From positions 5,408,001-5,472,000 of the forward strand of contig OZ252299.1 of assembly GCA_965250285.1 (NCBI GenBank): a stretch of DNA of 64,000 nucleotides, read 5' to 3'. The stretch comes from Myxococcota bacterium (lineage in GTDB: Bacteria; Myxococcota_A; UBA9160; UBA4427). The position numbers and the translations under genes were made by a program. Positions 1-9,798 of this stretch are shown one piece after another. The notes under the pieces are model-generated. The model searched no databases. It saw nothing but the letters and a program-made list of their open reading frames with translations, and was not told the DNA's origin. How positions within the stretch are numbered: position 1 is the first letter of the stretch; each line of letters starts with the position of its first letter.

Positions 1-1414
1 CGCGAATCTCGTCGACCGTGTTCTTGTAGGTGCCGAAGCGCAGCGCGAGCGCCGTCGGCTTGCCGATCGGGATCGTGTACTCGGTGCCGAGGCTGACCAT
101 GCGCGACCGGAAGGGGTCGGGCGTGGGCGAGCGCTGGAGCTCGGGGTTGCGGTTCTTGGTCAGGTCGACGTCGAGGGCGAGGATCCAGCGCTCGATGGGC
201 TCGAGCGCCATGCCCATGCGCACCTGGGGGCGCACCTTGATGTCGCCGAACGTCCCGCCGTCGAACTTCGGTGCGTTGACGTTGCGCGCGGCGATGCCGA
301 TGCGCGCGAAGGGCAGCGGGCGGTACTCGATGCCGAGATCGAGGCCGAAGCGGTGGCTGATGCGGTTGTCGTCGAAGTCGGCGATATCGCCGAAGCCGCC
401 GCTGCTGACGTCGTCATACCTCGCCGCCTTCACGAACGCGACGCCCATCATGTACTTCGCGGTGATGCCGACGCTGATCTTCCGGTCGAGCCAGCGCTCG
501 AACCACGGCGACGGGATCGCGTAGCCGTACGAGACCCCGAACTCCTGGATCGAGAGACCCGCCGTCACGATGCCGCTTTCGTTGTCGGCGAATGAGTCGG
601 CGTTCTCGACGCCCTCTGCGAGCTGCAGGATGATGTCCTGCACTTGGGGATCACTCGCGTCGACTTCGGGAGACTCGACGAAGATGTCGACGAAGACATC
701 GGCGTTGTTCCCGCTCGTCGTGTTGCCGTTCCAGTAGCCGCCGACGTCGTTGCGGATGCGGTCCTTGAGTGCGGTTTGCTCCGTCGTGGACGCACCGCTC
801 GCGTTGAGCAGCGTCGTCAGGTCACCCTGGTCGAGGCCGATCGCCGAGAGGTCGACGTTCGGAAAGACGTAGGCCGACGTGTTCGACAGCGCGCCGAACC
901 CGAAGTTGCCCGAGTGGCCCATGAGGCCGAAGCCGATCTCGCCGTGCACCGACTGCGGCTCTTCGCCGAGCGCGTCGAAGTCGGCGAGCCAGTCGACCGC
1001 GGGCCCGATCACACCGTCGGTCAAGAAGCCCGGATCGCCGGCCTCGAGCAAGTCGATCGCCGCGTCGAGGTTGTCGGCGCGCACGGCGAGGTCGGAGACC
1101 TGCTCGATCAGCTCGTTCTCGACGCTGATGTTCGCGGTGGCCGGCAGCTGCACGTCCCACTCGCCGCGCTTCTTGTAGCCGAGCGCCGCCGGGTTCCAGT
1201 AGAAGGCGGTGCTGTCGTCGACCGTGGCGACGCCGGCGCCGCCCATGCCCTGGAACCGCGACCCGACGATGTTCCACTGCTGCGCGAACGCGGCGGGCGC
1301 GGCCAGGCCGAGCCCCAGCAGGGTCACGAGTGCGACACCCACGACCCGGCGCGGGCGGATCGATGCGATTCGCGGTGCGGCCGACGGGTCTGCGGGCATG
1401 GCGCGGTGGGACAT
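1..1414 (-). CDS. TraF_2-like (PF13729-type) outer-membrane beta-barrel protein, 3' end runs off the window
   Basis: Not in the ORF track. Manual translation from ATG 1414 (GGAG RBS upstream) gives a signal peptide, then QQWNIVGSRFQGMGGAGVATVDDSTAFYWNPAALG; the same frame near position 1 reads PQVRMGMALEPIERWILALDVDLTKN. Confidence 0.7.
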   Translation of the reverse strand, partial: MSHRAMPADPSAAPRIASIRPRRVVGVALVTLLGLGLAAPAAFAQQWNIVGSRFQGMGGAGVATVDDSTAFYWNPAALGYKKRGEWDVQLPATANISVENELIEQVSDLAVRADNLDAAIDLLEAGDPGFLTDGVIGPAVDWLADFDALGEEPQSVHGEIGFGLMGHSGNFGFGALSNTSAYVFPNVDLSAIGLDQGDLTTLLNASGASTTEQTALKDRIRNDVGGYWNGNTTSGNNADVFVDIFVESPEVDASDPQVQDIILQLAEGVENADSFADNESGIVTAGLSIQEFGVSYGYAIPSPWFERWLDRKISVGITAKYMMGVAFVKAARYDDVSSGGFGDIADFDDNRISHRFGLDLGIEYRPLPFARIGIAARNVNAPKFDGGTFGDIKVRPQVRMGMALEPIERWILALDVDLTKNRNPELQRSPTPDPFRSRMVSLGTEYTIPIGKPTALALRFGTYKNTVDEIR

Positions 1415-1677
1415 CGGTGACTCCGGGGGTCGAGGCCGGGCGCGGCGCGCACCCTGCGGCGGCTTCTTCCTTTATCGGCGGGAAGATAGGGGGCTTGAGC
1501 GGGCGCGGCTTGTCGACGCGCGCGTGCGTTGCAGTGAACGGGTGGGCGTGAGATCGTCGGGACCCGAGGGAGGTTCCGCACGAAGTGTCACGGGGGTGGC
1601 CGTCGATCGGTCGCCCGAGGGTGCGGGGCCCGCGGCCGGGGAGCCACCGAATGCGTGAGGATTCTCACGGAATTGCC

Positions 1678-2094
1678 ATGAGACGCGAAGCCGAGACACG
1701 CCCCGGCCGTCGCTGCGGGCGCGGGATCGGCGCGGTTGTGCTGACTCTCGCGCTGTCGTGTGCGAGTCACCAGACGATCGTCGTGTGGGAGAAGCCGGGT
1801 GCGACCGACGGTGAGCTCGAGGCGGCCCGGGCGACGTGTCTCGCCGAGCTCGACGCCATGCAGGACGCCCCGGGCGTGAACCGCATGCGCCTCGAGGCGG
1901 ACGCCACCGGAGGCTGCTTCGTCGCCTGCATGCGGCGCCATGGCTTCACGTGGCGCACCGTGCGGGTGAAGGAAGGCGAGCCGATCCCCGAGGCGTCGCC
2001 CGCGGCCGAGCCTCAGCCGCCGCTCGACGTGCCGCCGCCCGCCGACTGCGCGCCGGGCTCGGGGGGTTCGGACGTCTCGCGCGCCGGCTCGTAG
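1678..2094 (+). CDS. Small putative lipoprotein
   Basis: Lipobox-like LALSC, then WEKPGAT...C...CMRRHGF; overlaps the 3' end of the convergent M48 gene. Confidence 0.55.
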   Translation: MRREAETRPGRRCGRGIGAVVLTLALSCASHQTIVVWEKPGATDGELEAARATCLAELDAMQDAPGVNRMRLEADATGGCFVACMRRHGFTWRTVRVKEGEPIPEASPAAEPQPPLDVPPPADCAPGSGGSDVSRAGS

Positions 2095-3542
2095 CGCGTC
2101 GCGCGGCCGATCTTCACGAGCTGCCCATCCTGCAGCCGGGCGTCGAGGAAGATCGAGTTGAGCACACCGGTCTCGGGCAGCGGCAGCGCGTTGCCCGTGC
2201 GCGCGCTCAGCGAGGCGAGCGTCTCCCCTCGCTGCGCCTCGACGACCTCGAGCTTCATCACCTTCACCTGGTCGCGCTCTTCGGCGTTGATGGCGCGGAA
2301 CGAACGCGCCGTCGACTGGAAGCGGCCCATCATCTTGTCGGCGACCGCGAAGGGCGCGACCGCGTTCATCTGGAACACCGTGCCCTCGAACGCGATGAAC
2401 GTGATCTGCACGCGCACGCCGTTGGCGCTGCCGTCCATGCGGAACGCATCGTAGGGGCCGATCTTCATCGGCATCATGCGTTCGACCTTGCCGCGCTGGG
2501 GCTTGAACTTCTCTTCGATGAACTTGCGACCGAGCGCCTCGGGGTCGTCGCCCGCCCCGGCGAACGTCAGGAACACCTGCGCATCGCCGCGCCGCGTGAC
2601 GCCCCCCACGGCTTCGGTGCTGTTCACCGGGAACCAGTCCTTCGGGATCTTGAACGTGAAGCCCATGTCGGGGTGCAAGAAGCGGCCATCGGGCAGGAAG
2701 ACGCCCTGGGCCGGATCGGGCCCCAGGATGAGCCCCTCCATCTTGCGGAGGAACCCGGCATGGTCGCCGGCCACCAGCGGGCCGCGCTGCCACTCGAGGG
2801 TGTCGGCGCGTTGTGCCGCGGTCGCCGCGCGCTCGGGGCTGCCCGGGTGGCTGTCGAACCAGGTCGGCATGCGCGACCAACCGATCTGCAGTCGCTCGCT
2901 CGCCGCGAGATCCTGCATGAACGTCGACATGCCGATCGGATCCCAGCCCGCCTTCGAGGCGATCGTCTGGCCGCCGCGGTCGGCGTCGCGCTCCTGGTTG
3001 CGGCCGTAGCTCGCGATCTGCGCGTAGCGCATGTAGCCCATCGAGAGCGGGTTGAGTCTGCGCGCCGCCTCCTGCTGACCCGCCGCGTGTCGCTCGGCCG
3101 AGTGCGTGATCTCGTGGCCGATCACGTTGGCCAGCTCGTCTTCGGTGTTCGCGAGCGTGAGCAGGCCGCGCGACACGTAGATGTGGCCCCCCGGCAGAGC
3201 GAAGGCGTTCGGCGCCGCCTGGTCGACGATCTGGAACGTGTAGTCGAAGGTGCGCTGTGGGGCGTAGGGCAGCATGCGCTTGCCAATCGCCTCGATGTAG
3301 GCCGTGAGCTCGGGATCCTTCACGATGCCCATCTGCGCTTCGATGGCCCGGGCGCTCTCGTCGCCGACCATCTCATCGTGGTACTCGGTGGTCAGCAGCA
3401 CCTGCTTGCGCCCGCCGCCCGATGAGCCGCCGCCGCACGAGAGCAGAGTCGCCACGCAGGCGAGCGCGATCCAGCCCGCCGGTGAGCGGCGGAGCAGGCG
3501 AGCCGGGGAGGCCTGGGGACGGGGACGGGGCTGGGCGGACAT
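2013..3542 (-). CDS. M48-family Zn metallopeptidase lipoprotein with C-terminal LysM-like domain
   Basis: PNAFALPGG, HEITH, QERDAD and SHP motifs; lipobox LLSC; start chosen at MSAQP. Confidence 0.85.
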   Translation of the reverse strand: MSAQPRPRPQASPARLLRRSPAGWIALACVATLLSCGGGSSGGGRKQVLLTTEYHDEMVGDESARAIEAQMGIVKDPELTAYIEAIGKRMLPYAPQRTFDYTFQIVDQAAPNAFALPGGHIYVSRGLLTLANTEDELANVIGHEITHSAERHAAGQQEAARRLNPLSMGYMRYAQIASYGRNQERDADRGGQTIASKAGWDPIGMSTFMQDLAASERLQIGWSRMPTWFDSHPGSPERAATAAQRADTLEWQRGPLVAGDHAGFLRKMEGLILGPDPAQGVFLPDGRFLHPDMGFTFKIPKDWFPVNSTEAVGGVTRRGDAQVFLTFAGAGDDPEALGRKFIEEKFKPQRGKVERMMPMKIGPYDAFRMDGSANGVRVQITFIAFEGTVFQMNAVAPFAVADKMMGRFQSTARSFRAINAEERDQVKVMKLEVVEAQRGETLASLSARTGNALPLPETGVLNSIFLDARLQDGQLVKIGRATRYEPARETSEPPEPGAQSAGGGTSSGG

Positions 3543-3851
3543 GCGCGCTCCGAGGCGATGGAAGGGGCGGATCTCCCGAAAGTGAAGCATCGAATCGAGG
3601 CCGCGCCAGCGCGGCGCCCGACGCCTTCCTATCGCCCGCACAGGCGGCGCGACGCGGGGCGAGTGGGGCCTGGCAGCGTGTAGAATGCCCGAGCGACGCG
3701 CGCCCCGAATCTCGACAATCGAGTCGGTGAGACACCCGCGGTGGGCCGATCGTTCGATCGGTCGACCGTCCGAGCCGGCCGATGCAGGGCGCGCGAGACC
3801 GCACGGGACCAGACCGCACCCAGACAGGGCGCAGGGAGAGAGGCGAACGCA

Positions 3852-4967
3852 ATGGCGGGCGACACGACAGACACGACGGCGGACGATGGACGCACCGTGA
3901 AGGGCATCGCCGCCGAGGCCCTCGATGCCTGGTTCGATGCGCACATCGACGGTGCGAAGGCGCCGCTGCGCTTCTCGCTGATCGCGGGGGGGCATTCAAA
4001 CCTGACGTATCGGGTCGAGGACGCCGCCGGGCAGGTCTTCGTGTTGCGCCGCCCGCCGACGGGGGCGGTGATCGCGACGGCCCACGACATGGCGCGCGAG
4101 CACCGCATCATCGCCGCGCTCGCCGACACCGCCGTGCCGGTGCCGCCCGCGCTCGGGCTGTGCGAAGACGACTCGGTCAACGACGCGCCCTTCTATGTCA
4201 TGGGCTACGTCGATGGCGTGGTGCTGACCGATCCGGCCCAGACCGAGGCGGCGATCCCGGCCTCGAACCGCGCGAAGCTCGGCGACGATGTCGTGCGGGT
4301 GCTGGCCGCCCTGCACGCGATCTCGCCCGACGACGTCGGCCTCGGCGATCTCGGCCGCAAAGAGGCCTACCTCGATCGGCAGCTCAAGCGCTGGCGCGGC
4401 CAGTGGGAGAAGACGAAGACCCGCGAGCTCGACTCGATGGAGACGGTCTACGAGGGGCTGCTGCGGCTGAAGCCCGAGCAGGTCGGCGCGGGCATCGTGC
4501 ACGGTGACTACCGCCTGGGCAACATGCTCGTCTCGCCCGAGGGTCAGGTGAAGGCCGTGCTCGATTGGGAGCTCTGCACGCTCGGCGATCCGATGGCCGA
4601 CCTCGGCTACGTGATGAACAACTGGGCCGATGCCGGCGAAGCCGACGACGACATGCAGGGGGCGGCGACGTTCCCGACGGCGTGCGGCGGGTTCCCGACG
4701 CGGCGCGCTTTCATCGACGCATACGAGTCGGCGACCGGGCGCGACACCACTCAGATCGACTACTACCGCGCGTTTCAGTACTGGCGCCTCGCGGCGATCG
4801 TCGAGGGCGTGCTCGCCCGCTACCTGAAGGGCGTCATGGGCAACGCGGCCAACACCGACCTGTTCCGGAAGCAGGTCGATGGGCTCGCGCAGTCGGCGGT
4901 CGATCTGCTCGAACAGCTCGAAGCCCGCGGCGAGCGCCGGGCGCCCACCGAGCCGGGAGCGAGATGA
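3852..4967 (+). CDS. APH-like phosphotransferase (ACAD10/11 N-terminal type)
   Basis: GGHSNLTY, AHDMAREH, HGDYRLGN and LDWELCTLGDP motifs. Confidence 0.9.
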   Translation: MAGDTTDTTADDGRTVKGIAAEALDAWFDAHIDGAKAPLRFSLIAGGHSNLTYRVEDAAGQVFVLRRPPTGAVIATAHDMAREHRIIAALADTAVPVPPALGLCEDDSVNDAPFYVMGYVDGVVLTDPAQTEAAIPASNRAKLGDDVVRVLAALHAISPDDVGLGDLGRKEAYLDRQLKRWRGQWEKTKTRELDSMETVYEGLLRLKPEQVGAGIVHGDYRLGNMLVSPEGQVKAVLDWELCTLGDPMADLGYVMNNWADAGEADDDMQGAATFPTACGGFPTRRAFIDAYESATGRDTTQIDYYRAFQYWRLAAIVEGVLARYLKGVMGNAANTDLFRKQVDGLAQSAVDLLEQLEARGERRAPTEPGAR

Positions 4968-5476
4968 AGCGACTCATCGTGATGCGGCACGCCACGACCG
5001 CGCCGACGGCGCCCGGCGGCGACATCGAGCGTGCCCTGACGGCCGAGGGGCACGCCGAGGCCGAACGCATCGGGGCCTGGCTCGCCGAGCAGGGGCACGT
5101 GCCCGACACCGCGCTGTGTTCGACGGCGCGGCGCGTGCGTGAGACCTGGGCTGGCGTCGAAAAGGGGCTCGGCGTGTCGCCGCCTGCGCGCTTCGCTCGC
5201 GTCGTCTACGCGGCGAGCGCCCGCGAGCTGCGGCTCGAGGTCAGCGAGCTCGAAGACCGGTTCGCGACGGCGATGCTCGTCGCCCACAACCCGTCGGTCA
5301 CTCAGCTGACATTCGATCTGACCGAGCGCGTCGATGCCCCGGGCCGCGAGCGCCTGCGCGCGGGGTTTCGGCCCGCGACCGTGGCGGTGCTCGACGTGGC
5401 CGGCGACGCGTTCGCCGATCTCGCCGACCGCGGCGCGCGGCTCGTCGACTTCGTGTCGGCGCACGAGCTCGACTGA
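4964..5476 (+). CDS. SixA-type histidine phosphatase
   Basis: MKRLIVMRHA, CSTARRVRET, VAHNPS; ATGA overlap with the upstream gene. Confidence 0.85.
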   Translation: MKRLIVMRHATTAPTAPGGDIERALTAEGHAEAERIGAWLAEQGHVPDTALCSTARRVRETWAGVEKGLGVSPPARFARVVYAASARELRLEVSELEDRFATAMLVAHNPSVTQLTFDLTERVDAPGRERLRAGFRPATVAVLDVAGDAFADLADRGARLVDFVSAHELD

Positions 5477-5491
5477 GCGAGGCATCGACCC

Positions 5492-5917
5492 GTGGCCCGA
5501 GACGACACGCGCGACGACCCGTGGTGGCAGGGGGGCCTGCGCTTCGAGTGCACGCAGTGCGGTCATTGCTGTCGCGGCAGTGGTCGCGTCGAGGTGAGCG
5601 ACGTCGAGATCGAACGGCTCGCGCAGCGCGTCGAGCTCACGCCCGACGCCTTTCGTGAGGTCTACACGCGGGCGGGCCGCAAGGGCCGCATCGATCTGCG
5701 CGACAAGGCGGGCGGCGACTGTGTGTTCTTCGACGAGGCGCGCGGCTGCACGGTCTACGAGGATCGCCCGTCGCAGTGCCGCACGTATCCCTTCTGGCGA
5801 TCGGTGCTCTACGACCGCGACAGCTGGGACGTCGAGGCCGGGCACTGCGAGGGGATCGGGCGGGGCGAAGTGGTCTCGGGCGAGACGATCCGTGCGCTGC
5901 TCGATCGTCGCCGCTGA
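5492..5917 (+). CDS. YkgJ-family Cys-cluster (Zn/Fe-chelating) protein
   Basis: GLRFECTQCGHCC...CVFF...CTVYEDRPSQCRTYPFW...CEGIG. Confidence 0.85.
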   Translation: MARDDTRDDPWWQGGLRFECTQCGHCCRGSGRVEVSDVEIERLAQRVELTPDAFREVYTRAGRKGRIDLRDKAGGDCVFFDEARGCTVYEDRPSQCRTYPFWRSVLYDRDSWDVEAGHCEGIGRGEVVSGETIRALLDRRR

Positions 5918-5926
5918 GAGCGCGCC

Positions 5927-6976
5927 CTAGAGGTTCTTCGCGGCCTTCTTCACATCGATGAAGCCGTCGCGTGAGAAGCTGCACGCGAGCTCGGGCCGTT
6001 CGCTCATGATGCGCGCGAACTCGAGGTCGAGGTCGTCGGTCGGGAGCAGCCGCTCGAAGTCACCGGCGCGCTCGAGCACGTCGCGGCCCTCGTCGATGGC
6101 CTCGGCGCGATCCTTCTCGGTACCGAGGCAGAGCAGCACGGCGCCGAGCTCGACCTGGTAGTCGACGCGCTTCGGATGCAGCGCGACGGCGTTCTTCGCG
6201 TCTTCGACCGCGCGCTCCTTGTCGCCGCTCACGCCGACGAGCAGCCGCAGCCAGATCGACTCGGGCACCATGCGGTTGAAGACGGCGCTCGCGTAGTAGA
6301 GGTTGCCGAGGGTCGAGTTGTGCTGGCCCTCGGTTCGGGTCGGCTTCAGCTCGATGCCCTTGTTCAGCAGCTTGTTCATCGTGCGTGCGTTGCGCGCCGC
6401 CGAGAGCAGGCCGCGGGTCGTGACCAGTCGGCCGAGCGACGCGTAGCGCCAGAGCATGCACTCGGCGCAGCGCGGGTCGCGCTCGATGCCGAGCTGGGCG
6501 AGGGCGTCGGCGCGGTCGAGATAGGCGCTGCGCGTGTCCATCTCGGTCTCGGGCACGAGATCGGAGGCGCGCCACCAGGCCCGGGCCGCGCGCCAGGCCG
6601 GATAGGCCGCGTCGGGCACCCGCTCGGTGAGGGTCTCGAACCCCTGGGCCGCCTCTTCGAATTCGGTTTCGAGCTCGTGCTGGTGGGCTTCGAGGAGCAG
6701 CGCCATCAGCTCGTCGCGCTGATCGGCCGGGGCCAGGGTCTCGAGCCATGCGGTGTCGGGCTCGACGATCTCGGTCAGGTCGTTCAGGTGGCGGGGCTTG
6801 TCGCGATAGGCGCTGATGCCGGGGGTCGGCGCGTCGCCGACGCGCTCGAGGAACTGCCCCGACGACTTCGGCGGCGCGCTCTCGCCGTCGCCGGCGTTCT
6901 CGTCGATCGCGAACGCGGGCACGGCCCACGTCGCGAGTGCGAGGACGAACAGCCAGGCGCCAGGGTGGCGGAGCAT
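5927..6976 (-). CDS. Secreted TPR-like protein
   Basis: Signal peptide followed by helical repeats (GIERDPRCAEC, AVALHPKRVDYQVELG); resembles the ORF at 25351. Confidence 0.65.
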   Translation of the reverse strand: MLRHPGAWLFVLALATWAVPAFAIDENAGDGESAPPKSSGQFLERVGDAPTPGISAYRDKPRHLNDLTEIVEPDTAWLETLAPADQRDELMALLLEAHQHELETEFEEAAQGFETLTERVPDAAYPAWRAARAWWRASDLVPETEMDTRSAYLDRADALAQLGIERDPRCAECMLWRYASLGRLVTTRGLLSAARNARTMNKLLNKGIELKPTRTEGQHNSTLGNLYYASAVFNRMVPESIWLRLLVGVSGDKERAVEDAKNAVALHPKRVDYQVELGAVLLCLGTEKDRAEAIDEGRDVLERAGDFERLLPTDDLDLEFARIMSERPELACSFSRDGFIDVKKAAKNL

Positions 6977-7298
6977 GAGCAGCCCCAGGACGACGGATGG
7001 GGGACGAAGCACGTCGCCGAGCGCTGCGCCGAGGCCGGCCCGGCAGCCAGCCGCTCGGTGCCCGTGCGTTCGACGCACTGCGCGGGCAAGTCCATCGAAA
7101 CATCGCCGCGCGCAGCCAAACCATCATACTCGAACGCCGTTGGCGTCGCATCGCAGGTCGCTCGACCGCCGCGCCGCCGTCCAGCAGAGCCCGCGTCCAG
7201 GCCCTATCGTGGACAGTCATGTCGCGATCCCCTTCATGTCCGTCGCCTCGCGAGCGCGCGGCCGAGTCGACTCACCTCGACCGGCAGGTGCACCCCGT

Positions 7299-8846
7299 AT
7301 GAGCGCGGTCGCAGAGACGAAGGTCGGCGCATGGCGTGGCCGCGAAGAGCGGGGCGTGCTGGTGTTTCGTGGGCTGCGCTACGGCGATCCGCCGGTGGGC
7401 GAGGGCCGACTGCGCGAGAGCCGCCCTGCCTTGCCCCACGCCGGCGTGCTCGATGCGTTCGAGTACGGCCCTGCGTCGATCCAGCGCGCGGGGTTTCCGC
7501 GCGCGATCCAGTGGCTCGCCGGCTTCGCCGATCTCGGCACCAGCGAAGACTGTCTCTTTCTCAACGTCACGACACCGGCCGTCGACGACCGGCGTCGACC
7601 GGTGCTCGTCTGGGTGCACGGCGGCGGCTTCAGCCAGGGCTCTTCGGGGCTCTTCCTGTATGACGCGCGGAGCCTCGCTGCGCGCGGCGACGTGGTCGTC
7701 GTGACGCTGAACTACCGGCTCGGTCTGCTCGGCGCATGGATGGGCGAAGAAGCCGGCGCATTCGACGCGAACCCGGGGCTGAGCGACCAGGCGCTCGCGC
7801 TCGAGTGGGTGCGCGATCACATCGAACGCTTCGGGGGCGACCCGACCAACGTCACGCTCTTCGGCCAGTCGGCGGGCGCGATGAGCGTGGGCAGCCTGCT
7901 CGCGATGCCCCGCGCGCGCGGCCTCTTTCATCGCGTGATCCTGCAGAGCGGCGCGGCCGCCAACGTGAGTGGGCCCGGGCAGCGTCGATCCATCTTCGAG
8001 CACGTCGCGAAGGTGCTCGACCTCGACGTCGCCGGCGATCTCGGTGCGCAGCTGCGCGCGCTCGACCCGGCCGTGCTGCTGGCGGCCCAGGATCGGGTCG
8101 CGACCGAGATCAAGCTGCCGCTCGGGCAGCTCTGCTGGAGCCCCGGCTACGAGACCGCCGCGCTGCCCGCCGCCCCGCTCGACGTCATCACACGCGGCGG
8201 CGCGCCGAAGCTGCCGATGCTGATCGGCACGACGCGCGACGAGTGGCGGATGTTCACGGCGACCGACGCGAAGCGGCGCAACCTCGACGAGGCGACGCTG
8301 CACACCTACGTCGAGCGCACGTTCGCCGATGCGAGCGACCCGGCCGCGCGTCGGCGCGAGGTGCTGGCGACCTTCGAGCGTGATCCCGACACCGGTGAGC
8401 GTCGCTCGCCCGCCGAGCAGTGGGCCGCGCTGCAGACGGCGCGCGTATTCATGAAGCCGGCGCGCGAGCTCGCCGACGCGCACGCCGCCGCCGGGGCCGA
8501 TGTCTGGAGCTACCGCTTCGACTGGCGGCCCCGCGTGCTGCGCGACCGACTCGGCGCGTGCCACGCGATGGAGATCCCCTTCGTCTTCGGCAGCTACGGG
8601 CATCGCGCGATGTGGCCGCTGGTCGGCGCCTGGCCGGGGGCCCGCGCGCTGTCGCAGCGCATGCAGGACGCCTGGGTCGCGTTCGCCCACGGCGGCGCGC
8701 CGGTGCACGACGACCTGCGCGACTGGCCGAAGCACGCCGGCGCGAGCCCGATCAGCCTGCGCTTCGACGACGAAGATCGATTGGCCGAGGCGCTCGGTGA
8801 GCCCGAGCTCGCGGTGCTCGCAGGGGATGGGTCGGCGCCGACCTAA
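7299..8846 (+). CDS. Type-B carboxylesterase
   Basis: SEDCLFLNV, WVHGGG, NYRLG, FGQSAG and CHAMEIPFVFG motifs. Confidence 0.92.
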   Translation: MSAVAETKVGAWRGREERGVLVFRGLRYGDPPVGEGRLRESRPALPHAGVLDAFEYGPASIQRAGFPRAIQWLAGFADLGTSEDCLFLNVTTPAVDDRRRPVLVWVHGGGFSQGSSGLFLYDARSLAARGDVVVVTLNYRLGLLGAWMGEEAGAFDANPGLSDQALALEWVRDHIERFGGDPTNVTLFGQSAGAMSVGSLLAMPRARGLFHRVILQSGAAANVSGPGQRRSIFEHVAKVLDLDVAGDLGAQLRALDPAVLLAAQDRVATEIKLPLGQLCWSPGYETAALPAAPLDVITRGGAPKLPMLIGTTRDEWRMFTATDAKRRNLDEATLHTYVERTFADASDPAARRREVLATFERDPDTGERRSPAEQWAALQTARVFMKPARELADAHAAAGADVWSYRFDWRPRVLRDRLGACHAMEIPFVFGSYGHRAMWPLVGAWPGARALSQRMQDAWVAFAHGGAPVHDDLRDWPKHAGASPISLRFDDEDRLAEALGEPELAVLAGDGSAPT

Positions 8847-8935
8847 CGCGCAGGCCGTCGAGCGGAGATCTTCACGTTCGCGGCGCGCAAACGGTGATAG
8901 GCTGAGTTCGGGAAGGGGCCCGCCCGAGGCCCGCC

Positions 8936-9652
8936 ATGCGCGCTCGCAAGCGTCAGCTCATCGTCTTCTTCTTCTCTGTCTGTTTCTTCGCCTTGGCGAG
9001 CTTCACGCTCGCGAGCGCGAACGCCAGCGCCTACGTCTTTACGTTCGAGCGTCAGTTGATTCCCGGCCTACCGTACGGCCAACCGGGCAACGAGGGCCCC
9101 GACGGCATGCGTTTCCCAGTCGATGGCTTCGGAACCACCGACGAGGTCGTGCTCGATCTCTACCTCGATACAGAAGGCCAGTCGGAGATTCGGTACTTCT
9201 CGCTTGGCATCCTATTCAATCCGTCCGTCTTCGAGTACGACGCTGCGAACTCGAGGCTCGCTGACTACGCCCTCTACACGCCGCTGACCAGCGGTCCGGC
9301 TGGAAAGACGCCCGATACCTGGCTCGAGCCGTGGTCGAACCCGCCTGCGCTCTACGATGGCAAGGTCCCGCCGGGGCTCTCACTGTTGATCATCGAGTTC
9401 AATGAACACGCGCTGCGGCCAACCGTGGCGACGGCGACGAATGAGTGGCTGGGCCGGATCAGCTTCACTCGGGGGTTGCCGGCATTCAGTCGGCTGACCG
9501 CGACCTGGGAAAACGAAGGCACGAGCTTTCTCACGGCAGCCGGCTACGAATCACCCGAAGTCAGGTTCGTCTGGGCACCCGAGCCGACGACGGCGCTGCT
9601 GGTGGGGCTCGGTCTGGCGGGGCTGGCGCTGCGCCGCACGCGCCGACTGTGA
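8936..9652 (+). CDS. PEP-CTERM sorting-domain surface protein
   Basis: N-terminal signal peptide; C-terminal APEPTTALLVGLGLAGLALRRTRRL. Confidence 0.85.
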   Translation: MRARKRQLIVFFFSVCFFALASFTLASANASAYVFTFERQLIPGLPYGQPGNEGPDGMRFPVDGFGTTDEVVLDLYLDTEGQSEIRYFSLGILFNPSVFEYDAANSRLADYALYTPLTSGPAGKTPDTWLEPWSNPPALYDGKVPPGLSLLIIEFNEHALRPTVATATNEWLGRISFTRGLPAFSRLTATWENEGTSFLTAAGYESPEVRFVWAPEPTTALLVGLGLAGLALRRTRRL

Positions 9653-9669
9653 GCGGCCGCCCGTCGCCC

Positions 9670-9798
9670 GCGAGCGCGTGTCGTTACACCGCCGTCTGAG
9701 CCCGGCTGCGAGCGCGTGTCGTCATCCCGCTGTGTGATCTCTACTGCGAGCGCGTGTCGTAACACCGCCGCTCGAGCCCTACTGCGAGCGCGTGTAGT
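9670..9798. repeat. 38-bp-period degenerate tandem repeat, 4 cores
   Basis: GCGAGCGCGTGT(C/A)GT at 9670, 9708, 9746 and 9784. Confidence 0.85.

Noticed and set aside
1..1414. TraF-like gene as evidence of a conjugative element
   Set aside because: No other tra/trb, relaxase or T4SS genes in the window.
9670..9798. Mini CRISPR array
   Set aside because: The core is only 15 bp, linkers 1 and 3 are related, the last core is coding sequence, and there are no cas genes.
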